From contig CBDDDZ010000005.1 of assembly GCA_965226795.1 (NCBI GenBank), forward strand, positions 1,952,001-2,016,000: 64,000 bases of DNA, read 5' to 3'. This stretch comes from Candidatus Latescibacterota bacterium. Lineage in GTDB: Bacteria; Latescibacterota; UBA2968; GCA-2709665. The notes beneath the pieces are model-generated. The model saw nothing but the letters and a program-made list of their open reading frames with translations, had not been told where the DNA came from and searched no databases. Shown here one piece after another: positions 57,025-64,000 of the stretch; the stretch's first letter is position 1, and every line of letters begins with the position of its first letter. Made by a program: the position numbers and the translations under genes.

Positions 57025-59415
57025 ATGTCGCCCCATTGCCCTCTGCGAAATTCCATACTGGTACTTGCCCTGATTTTCGTCGGATGCCAGCCGGACGAGA
57101 AGGTGACGGTTTCCGGCGCGGTGACGAAACCGGGCGCGTACCGGTACGCGCCCGGCAGACCGGTGGCGGACTATCTGGAAGATGCCGGCGGCGCAACCGA
57201 GGAGGCGCTGTTGGACGAGGCCTACGTGTCGCGCGTGCGCGCGGACACGTCCGGGGTGGCGGAAATCGGAGACGTGACGATTCCGTTGTCGGAGAATCCT
57301 GAGATATCGCCCGGGGATGAGATTCGGATTCCCGGGCGCATTTATGACGTGCGATTGGACACGGTTCGGCTCGTGGACGACGTACGGTTGGTCGACGGGA
57401 ATCGAATCTATCGGATTCCCTCGGGCGCCCTGGTGACCGGGTGGACGGAACGCGGCGTCCAGGTGGCGCTGATGCTGGGACGCGGAAAGGTATTCGAAAC
57501 GCCCGATACGTCCAAGGCGGTGTCGGCCTTTCACTATCTGTACATCCATCTGCATCCCGGAGAATATCCGCGCCTGGCGCGATTTACCGGGGAAGTGGTG
57601 GACAGTCTGGAGGCGCTCGAAGACGCCCACACCATCCACAGGCGGGTGGTAAACTCCCTGGAACATCTGCGTGACGGGGGTCTGCAGCTTCCGACCCACG
57701 GGTATTGGCGCGTGATAGAGGGTTATTTCCTGGCCCCGAGGAGGACATCGCGTCCCGGGAGTGGCATGCGCCGGCGCCGGTTCAAGGACGGACGCGTGTT
57801 GACGACCTTTCCGGACGGGCGGCAACGATGGCAGCATCCCGACGGGCGGGTCAGCGAGGCGTCACCGAGCGGCGCCACCGAAGACCGGTTTCCCGATGGA
57901 CGAATCGTGTTCACCGACCGGTGGAAAAACGTGCGCACCACGTATCCCGACGGGCGGGTCAACGTGGCGTTTCCGAGCGGCGCCACCGAAGACCGGTTTC
58001 CCGACGGACGGATTGTGTACACCGACCGGTGGAAGAACGTGCGTACCACGTATCCCGACGGCCGCCGGGAATGGAGAATGGCGTCGGGAAGGCGGGTGGA
58101 ACGGGCGACCGACGGTCGGATAGTCGGGCACAATGTGGACGGCGATTTAATTGAAAAGATGCCGGACGGCGGAACCCGCCGCGTTGCTCTGGACAGTTCG
58201 ACGTGGATTAAAGACGCCAACGGCGTGATCACATTGATCGGCGGGAAATCCCTGAAAAAGATATATCCAGACGGACGACATGTACTAATTACGGAAAAAG
58301 GCGACGAGATCACCACGTTTCCGGACGGACGGCGCGTCTCTCGTCTGGCCGATGGCTCCGTCGTTCATTCCGATCCCGCAGACAGTGTGGCCGCAAGGCC
58401 CGCTTCGCGACAGGTGCAAGGCATCCCGGTGGAGAAATATCCCCGGGGGACGCCGCGCGAGGGTGTCACGTCGATTCGGAGCGGCGACGGCCGGTTGGCA
58501 ACCCGCGGAGAGGGAAGTTTGCGTACCGTCCGCCCCGACGAATATTTGACCTCAAAAGGAGGGACCCGGGAGACGTTTCCCGATAGGCGGTTGGTGGAGA
58601 CCGGTCCCTTTGGCCAGAGAATCACCTCCTGGCCGGACGGAAGAATGGAAATCCGGATGCCCGTCGCTTACGGGTATCCGGGGCGGTTGAGAACGGACCT
58701 GGCAACGGTCGATCGGCTTCCGGAGGCGGTCGCCATCGGCGAGGAACTGACCGTGTCGGGACAGATCCATGGCGAGGTGGAAGATATAAACGTGATGGCA
58801 TTTCTCGTACCCGACGGAGACGCGATCAAAGGCGACGTGCGCAGGCGGGGACGGCGGTTTCGCGCGCGGTTCCGGTTCGGCGAGGCGGGGCATTGCCGCG
58901 TACAGGTCCAAATTGTATTGCCCAAAGCGCGTTCGTTTACTGCTTCCCACCAGTCCGTGATTGTCGGCAATCCCGATGATCTGGAAGACAAAGTCCTGGA
59001 AATTGCTCCATATCCGGGGGACGAGGCCGCCCAGCTTGTTCTGATCGATCGGATCAACGCGGCCCGGAAGCGGATTCGACGGGGTTCGGTATTTCCACAT
59101 CCCGAGTTGATGCACGTGGCGCGCATCCGGCTCGAAGAGATGCTTGCGATGGGTGATATATCCCATTTTTCCATGACAGGACTGGACGTGGGATGGCATG
59201 CGACCTACCGGCGGTTGCCCTTCCACCGCGTAGGTGAAAATGTGGCGAGAACGCATTTTGTCGAAACGATGCACGCCGGCTGGATGCTGAGCGCGGGGCA
59301 CCGCGCGAATATCCTGGCGAAGCACTGGACGCATGTGGGGGTGGCGGTTGCCGAAGCGGAGGGATCGGTCTGGGGCGTTCAGGTGTTCGGGCAGCGTTTC
59401 GACCAGGGCCCTTAG
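57025..59415 (+). CDS. Lipoprotein with SLBB-like N-terminus, (F/Y)PDG beta repeats and C-terminal CAP/SCP domain
   Basis: Lipobox FVGC; VTVSGAVTKPG...AGG; many xxPDGR repeats; INAAR...SH...GENVA...WMLSAGHRANIL...VGVA. Confidence 0.82.
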   Translation: MSPHCPLRNSILVLALIFVGCQPDEKVTVSGAVTKPGAYRYAPGRPVADYLEDAGGATEEALLDEAYVSRVRADTSGVAEIGDVTIPLSENPEISPGDEIRIPGRIYDVRLDTVRLVDDVRLVDGNRIYRIPSGALVTGWTERGVQVALMLGRGKVFETPDTSKAVSAFHYLYIHLHPGEYPRLARFTGEVVDSLEALEDAHTIHRRVVNSLEHLRDGGLQLPTHGYWRVIEGYFLAPRRTSRPGSGMRRRRFKDGRVLTTFPDGRQRWQHPDGRVSEASPSGATEDRFPDGRIVFTDRWKNVRTTYPDGRVNVAFPSGATEDRFPDGRIVYTDRWKNVRTTYPDGRREWRMASGRRVERATDGRIVGHNVDGDLIEKMPDGGTRRVALDSSTWIKDANGVITLIGGKSLKKIYPDGRHVLITEKGDEITTFPDGRRVSRLADGSVVHSDPADSVAARPASRQVQGIPVEKYPRGTPREGVTSIRSGDGRLATRGEGSLRTVRPDEYLTSKGGTRETFPDRRLVETGPFGQRITSWPDGRMEIRMPVAYGYPGRLRTDLATVDRLPEAVAIGEELTVSGQIHGEVEDINVMAFLVPDGDAIKGDVRRRGRRFRARFRFGEAGHCRVQVQIVLPKARSFTASHQSVIVGNPDDLEDKVLEIAPYPGDEAAQLVLIDRINAARKRIRRGSVFPHPELMHVARIRLEEMLAMGDISHFSMTGLDVGWHATYRRLPFHRVGENVARTHFVETMHAGWMLSAGHRANILAKHWTHVGVAVAEAEGSVWGVQVFGQRFDQGP
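57838..58064 (+). repeat. In-frame 108-bp (36-aa) tandem duplication
   Basis: PSGATEDRFPDGRIV(F/Y)TDRWKNVRTTYPDG occurs twice, at 57865 and 57973. Confidence 0.9.
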
Positions 59416-59576
59416 AAGCTGTTTTAAAATTCCCAGCGGTCTTCGCGCGGCTGCAAAAGCGCCGGTCGGCGTTGGTCAAACCCACCCGTATCTTTAGATA
59501 TGGGCGGATTTTCCCGCCTTGACCGCCACTTTTTCGCTCGCGCTCGGGAACTCACCGATAATTTTAAAACAGCTTC
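59415..59576. mobile_element. 162-bp MITE with 17-bp terminal inverted repeats and TTA target duplication
   Basis: TTA|GAAGCTGTTTTAAAATT ... AATTTTAAAACAGCTTC|TTA; no coding capacity. Confidence 0.88.
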
Positions 59577-59645
59577 TTAACGGTAAACGCCGTCACCCTT
59601 CCCCGTGCCCGGAACACAGTGGAAAATAAAGTTGGAAGAAAACAC

Positions 59646-59672
59646 TTGACAAAACAGACATTTGTCTGTTTT
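59646..59672 (+). promoter_or_regulatory. imuA promoter -35 overlapped by a palindromic operator (candidate LexA box)
   Basis: TTGACA at 59646 overlaps AAAACAGACA-TT-TGTCTGTTTT (59651-59672). Confidence 0.7.
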
Positions 59673-59738
59673 TTTTGTTTATGAACGTTCCTTCAGGAGA
59701 ATGCAGAACCGTTTTCACTCCCGGGAAAGGTCATCGAA

Positions 59739-60404
59739 GTGCAGGGTGTATCGGGCAACATCAGACGAGAACGCTTTTCAGCCTTACAGGACAGCGGGTT
59801 ACAGCGCCTCCGGGCCGATCTGGACAGGATCAGGACCCGAACGAAAACGCCACGCTGGTCGCTGGCGCAGTTGGCCGGGCGCCTTTGCGAACTCTCCTCC
59901 AATTCAGGAGCCGGTCTGCTCACAGCTGCCTTCCGGCTGGTGCTGGATGCGCAACTCGGGCATGAGCCGGTGGCCTGGATCACGGCCACGCCGGATACCT
60001 TCTTCGCGCCCGATGCAGCCGAAAGCGGCGTGGACCTGAGTGCCCTCGTCGTCATCCACGTGCCCGATGCCCAGTCCGCGGCGCGTTCGGCGGACCGGCT
60101 CCTGAGGTCGGGCGCCTTTGGCCTGATGGTGATGGATCTGCACTCCGATCCCACAATTCCGTTTCCGCTGCAGGCGCGGCTGGCCCACCTGGCGCGGGCC
60201 CACGACACCGCCCTGCTCTGCCTGACCTCAAAAGCCAGGGAGACACCTTCGCTGGGACCAATGGTCTGTCTGCGAGGGCAATCCTCCTGCCGGCGCCTGG
60301 GGGTCGACCGCTTCCAATACGACATCGAGATTTTGAAGGACAGACGTCATGGACCGGGTTGGCGCCACACCGAAATCTGCCGCGGGCCGGACGGCCTGCA
60401 TTAA
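59739..60404 (+). CDS. imuA: ImuA (RecA-like) mutagenesis protein
   Basis: GRLCELS, VAWI, FFAPD...GVDL..L, DRLLRSGAFGLMVMD; first gene of the cassette; start uncertain. Confidence 0.85.
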   Translation: MQGVSGNIRRERFSALQDSGLQRLRADLDRIRTRTKTPRWSLAQLAGRLCELSSNSGAGLLTAAFRLVLDAQLGHEPVAWITATPDTFFAPDAAESGVDLSALVVIHVPDAQSAARSADRLLRSGAFGLMVMDLHSDPTIPFPLQARLAHLARAHDTALLCLTSKARETPSLGPMVCLRGQSSCRRLGVDRFQYDIEILKDRRHGPGWRHTEICRGPDGLH

Positions 60405-61851
60405 TATCCGGGCGCTGCCGCTGCAACTCCTGCTGAGGAGGCGCCCGGAGTGGCAGCGGAGACCGGTCGCGGTGGTGGAAAAAGAGAATCCTCAGAGCCC
60501 CATCCTCTGGACGAACCCGGCGGCCGACCGGGCCGGCATCCGCACGGGAATGCGCTATGCCTCCGCCCTCTCGCTGGACCGGAACCTGTGCGCGGGAACG
60601 GTTTCCGAGAGGGAAATCCAGACCGCGGTGCGGCAGGTCCACCGGCTTCTGGACCGTTTCAGCCCCCGGATCGAGCCCTGCGACGACGAGCCCGGGATTT
60701 TCTGGGTCGATGCCAGCGGACTCGACAAGCTCCATACCTCTCTCGAAGACTGGGCCAGGCAGATCGACTCCCACCTCTCCCGGCTGGCGCTGAAAGCCAG
60801 TATCGTCGTCGGCTTCAGCCGTTTCGGCAGCTATGCCATCGCCAAGTCGGCGAGCCGGGTGACCGTGTTCCCTTCCCTTGAGGTCGAGGAGACGGAAAGC
60901 CGCATGGTGCGGCTGCTGCATCTGCAAATCGACCCGAAGCTGCGCGACCGGCTCGAAAAACTGGCGGTTCATACCGTGAGCGACTTCCTGGAGCTTCCCG
61001 CAGGCGGCATCGCGCACCACCTCGGCGAGCAGGCCCGGAGCCTCTACCGTTTTGCGTCGGGAACGCTGTCGCTGCCGATTCAATCCCGAAAGATCCCCGA
61101 GCCCCTCCGCGTCCGGATGGACCTGGACGAGCCCGAATCCAATGCCCAGAGACTCCTTTTCTGGATCCGGGAGCGGCTGGATCCCCTGTTGCGGGCGGTG
61201 GCGGCAAGGTGCCAGGCGGTGGCGGCCCTGCATCTGCAACTGCTGCTGGAAGACGGAGACCGTCATCGTCAGCGCATCCAGCCGGCAAGGCCGACCCTGG
61301 AGGCGCCGGTGCTGCTGGACCTCCTCCGATTGCACCTGGAGACGGTCTCTTTCCCCGCTCCTCCGGTGGAATTGGTCCTCGAGGTGGAGGGCGTGTACGT
61401 CTCCGCCGAAACACTGAACCTGCTGCAGCGGAATCCGCGCCGCAATATTGAGGCGGCCCTGGATGCCCTGGCCCGGGTTCGCGCCGAGTTCGGCCCCGAT
61501 TCCGTGCTGTCGGTCCGGCTCAAATCGGGGCACCTGCCGGAAGCCCGTTTCGAGTGGCAGCCCTTCAAGAAGCTTGCCGCAGCCAGTCCCCAACCGGTCC
61601 CCATGCGCCCCCTGGTGCGGCGCGTCCACGCCTGCCCCGAACTTCTGGAAGGGGCTTCCCTTTACCATGCGAAAAACCGGAAGCCGTCGCCGGGCGCGGG
61701 GCATCCGCCGGGACATGCGATCAGTGGAGAATGGTGGCGCCGGGAGATCCGGAGAGACTACCGGTTCATCAAGACCCATCGGGGAGAACACCTCTGGATC
61801 TATTACGACCAGCAAATGCATCGCTGGTACGCCCAGGGCCGCGTCGAGTGA
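60349..61851 (+). CDS. imuB: ImuB, inactive Y-family DNA polymerase
   Basis: [21 protein letters not shown] and C-terminal GEWW...RDY...W.YYD...W..QG. Confidence 0.92.
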   Translation: MDRVGATPKSAAGRTACINIRALPLQLLLRRRPEWQRRPVAVVEKENPQSPILWTNPAADRAGIRTGMRYASALSLDRNLCAGTVSEREIQTAVRQVHRLLDRFSPRIEPCDDEPGIFWVDASGLDKLHTSLEDWARQIDSHLSRLALKASIVVGFSRFGSYAIAKSASRVTVFPSLEVEETESRMVRLLHLQIDPKLRDRLEKLAVHTVSDFLELPAGGIAHHLGEQARSLYRFASGTLSLPIQSRKIPEPLRVRMDLDEPESNAQRLLFWIRERLDPLLRAVAARCQAVAALHLQLLLEDGDRHRQRIQPARPTLEAPVLLDLLRLHLETVSFPAPPVELVLEVEGVYVSAETLNLLQRNPRRNIEAALDALARVRAEFGPDSVLSVRLKSGHLPEARFEWQPFKKLAAASPQPVPMRPLVRRVHACPELLEGASLYHAKNRKPSPGAGHPPGHAISGEWWRREIRRDYRFIKTHRGEHLWIYYDQQMHRWYAQGRVE

Positions 61852-61890
61852 CCGCACCCGCCAGGCCAGGGCCGGGCGCAGAGACGCACC

Positions 61891-61914
61891 GGGAATTTTA
61901 AAACAGCTTCTAAG
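61891..61914. mobile_element. Solo end of the same MITE/IS family
   Basis: GGGAATTTTAAAACAGCTTCTAAG is the exact reverse complement of 59411-59434. Confidence 0.85.
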
Positions 61915-61927
61915 AAGGACGGAAACC

Positions 61928-64000
61928 ATGAACGGACCATTGGCTCCGGGCCGTAACAGCGCCCGGGCGCCCGCCTCCGATTCGCCCTACGTCCCCCTCT
62001 GGTGCAAGAGCAACTATTCCTTTCTGGAAGGAGCCAGCCATCCCGAGGAACTGGTCGAAGCCTGCCGGCAGAATGGCCTTCCCGCCATGGCGCTCACCGA
62101 CCGGAACGGCGTGTACGGGATCGTCAGGGCTCATGTTCAGGCCCGCCAGGCGGGTGTTCACCTGATTGCAGGATCGCAGATCGGCCTCCAGGACGGATCG
62201 GAGATCCTGTTGCTGGTCCAGAACCGGAAGGGCTACGGCAATCTCTGCCGCCTGCTGACCGACGGGCATCTGCGTTCTTCCAAGGGGGCGTGTAAGCTGG
62301 GCCTGGAGGACGTGTGTCGCTGCAATCCCGGTCTGATCGCCCTGTGGATCGGCCGGGCCGGGCCGGAAGCTGCCGCGGAGGGCGGCCCGGAACCCGTGCT
62401 GGAACAGCTCAAAGCGGCATTCGAGGACCGCCTGTACATCCTGTTGGCCAGACACCGTCGGGCGGAGGAGATTCTGCAGGAAATTCGGCTCCGTGAACTG
62501 GCAGACCGGTTCGGCCTTCCCACCGTGGCCGCCGTGGAGGTCCTCTATCACGCTCCTGAACGACGACGCCTGCAGGACGTCCTGACCTGTATCCGGAAAG
62601 GCGTGACCCTGTCCTCGGCGGGCCGGCACATCCAGCCGAACGACCAGTACGCCCTGAGGCGTCCGGACGATCTGGCCCGCCTCTTTATCGACGATCCGGA
62701 ATCGGTCAGGCGAACCCGGGAAATTGCCGACCGCTGTTCCTTCTCGCTCCAGGAACTGCGTTACCGCTATCCGCTGGAACGCGTGCCGGAGGGCAAGACT
62801 TCCATCCAGTACCTGCGCGATCGGACGTTCGAGGGAGCCGCCCGCCGGATGGGCGAAAAGTTCCGGCACCAGATTCCACAATTGGAGAAGGAACTCGAGC
62901 TGATCCAGGAACTGGAGTACGAAGGCTACTTCCTGACCATGTACGAGATCGTCGAGTACTGCCACCGTCAAAAAATCCTCTGCCAGGGCCGGGGGTCGGC
63001 CGCCAACTCAGCGGTCTGCTTCGCCCTGGGGATCACCAGCGTGGATCCGACCCAGGTGGAACTTCTCTTCGAACGCTTTCTGTCCAGGGAGAGGGCCGAG
63101 CCTCCGGATATCGACCTGGATATCGAACATAACCGCAGGGAAGAAGTGATCCAGCATGTGTACAAAAAATATGGGCGCGAACGCGCGGCGATGGTGTCCA
63201 ACGTGGTGCGTTACCGGTACCGATCCGCCATCCGGGAAGTGGGCAAGGCGCTGGAGATTTCAGCAACCAGCCTGGATCGCCTGGCCAAACTGGTGTCCCA
63301 TGAAAGCTGGAGCGATGCCTTCATTGCGCAGGCCGGGCTCGATCCCCGGAACCCGGCCCTTCGCCATCTCGCTTCCCTGGTAGAAGAGATTCAGGATTTT
63401 CCCCGCCACCTCTCCATACATCCCGGCGGCTTTCTGCTGGGCCATCGTCCCGTCCACGAACTGGTGCCCATCGAGAACGCCACGATGGATGGCAGAACGG
63501 TCATTCAATGGGACAAGGAGGACGTGGAGCATGCCGGTCTGTTCAAGGTGGACCTGCTGGGGCTGGGCGCCCTCACCCATCTGCATCTCTGCTTCGATCT
63601 CCTGCGGCGGCACCGCGGGCAGGACCTGTCTCTGGCCACCCTTCCCCGGGGCGACGCCGCGACCTTCGACATGATCTGCCGCAGCGATACCGTGGGGGTG
63701 TTTCAGATCGAAAGCCGGGCGCAGATGGCCATGCTGGGGCGCCTCAGGCCGCGCAGTTATTACGACCTGGTGATCGAGATCAGCATTGTACGCCCCGGAC
63801 CCATCACGGGCGGCATGGTGCATCCCTATCTGCGACGGCGCAACGGAGACGAGGAAGTCGAATATCCCCATCCTTCCCTCGTTCCCGTCCTGAAGAAAAC
63901 CCTGGGCATTCCTCTGTTTCAGGAGCAGGTGATGCAACTGGCCATGGTTGCGGCCGACTACACCCCCGGCGAGGCCGATCAGCTCCGGCGGGATATGGCG
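61928..64000 (+). CDS. dnaE2: Error-prone DNA polymerase DnaE2 (ImuC), partial at window end
   Basis: My translation from ATG 61928: [77 protein letters not shown]. Absent from the ORF track because there is no stop in the window. Confidence 0.97.
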   Translation, partial: MNGPLAPGRNSARAPASDSPYVPLWCKSNYSFLEGASHPEELVEACRQNGLPAMALTDRNGVYGIVRAHVQARQAGVHLIAGSQIGLQDGSEILLLVQNRKGYGNLCRLLTDGHLRSSKGACKLGLEDVCRCNPGLIALWIGRAGPEAAAEGGPEPVLEQLKAAFEDRLYILLARHRRAEEILQEIRLRELADRFGLPTVAAVEVLYHAPERRRLQDVLTCIRKGVTLSSAGRHIQPNDQYALRRPDDLARLFIDDPESVRRTREIADRCSFSLQELRYRYPLERVPEGKTSIQYLRDRTFEGAARRMGEKFRHQIPQLEKELELIQELEYEGYFLTMYEIVEYCHRQKILCQGRGSAANSAVCFALGITSVDPTQVELLFERFLSRERAEPPDIDLDIEHNRREEVIQHVYKKYGRERAAMVSNVVRYRYRSAIREVGKALEISATSLDRLAKLVSHESWSDAFIAQAGLDPRNPALRHLASLVEEIQDFPRHLSIHPGGFLLGHRPVHELVPIENATMDGRTVIQWDKEDVEHAGLFKVDLLGLGALTHLHLCFDLLRRHRGQDLSLATLPRGDAATFDMICRSDTVGVFQIESRAQMAMLGRLRPRSYYDLVIEISIVRPGPITGGMVHPYLRRRNGDEEVEYPHPSLVPVLKKTLGIPLFQEQVMQLAMVAADYTPGEADQLRRDMA

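Noticed and set aside
57838..58064. Direct repeats as a CRISPR array
   Set aside because: They are in-frame coding repeats with no unique spacers. No CRISPR array or cas gene was seen in the window.
60052..63937. Long minus-strand ORFs (60052-61929, 61910-62971, 63260-63937) and similar long antisense ORFs elsewhere
   Set aside because: These are shadow frames opposite well-supported GC-rich genes (imuB, dnaE2) and carry no motifs.

Overview
GC-rich bacterial chromosome segment; I cannot fix the lineage from sequence alone. Core blocks: (i) 65-6928, minus strand: tRNA-Ser(GGA), cyclophilin-like gene, tRNA-Ala(CGC), large Alu-containing SRP RNA, dnaX-ybaB-recR-pgsA-pgpA-thpR-recA; (ii) 31619-34044: tRNA-Ser(CGA), tadA, a nucleotide pyrophosphatase/phosphodiesterase and tRNA-Asn; (iii) 47907-64000: recG, pfkB, hflK, hflC, peptidase, coaE, an ankyrin protein, a repeat-rich CAP lipoprotein and the imuA-imuB-dnaE2 mutagenesis cassette, which runs off the window end. 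Two accessory regions lie between these. The first is a ~24.5 kb integrase-less defence island (~7.1-31.6 kb) downstream of tRNA-Ser(CGA), made of two stacked modules. One module is an intact four-gene operon: SNF2 helicase, DUF262-HNH-HEPN (GmrSD-like fusion), a ~1100-aa Mod-type methyltransferase with a compositionally foreign core, and a Res-type helicase-nuclease. The other is decaying: truncated type III res, YhcG, frameshifted mod, Gabija with frameshifted gajA, an unknown PD-(D/E)xK-like gene and a one-ended IS1182. The modules are separated by a second tRNA-Ser(CGA) and a tadA 3' fragment whose differences from the resident tadA are almost all synonymous, consistent with capture from a related genome. 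The second accessory region (~34.2-47.5 kb, after tRNA-Asn) is dense in toxin-antitoxin modules, including a HigA-SIR2 fusion and a RelE-like frame with no canonical start codon. Also noted: a shared ACA-WW-TGT operator in the recA and imuA promoters (candidate SOS box), a 162-bp TTA-targeting MITE plus a solo end bracketing imuAB, and a perfect 50-bp palindrome.
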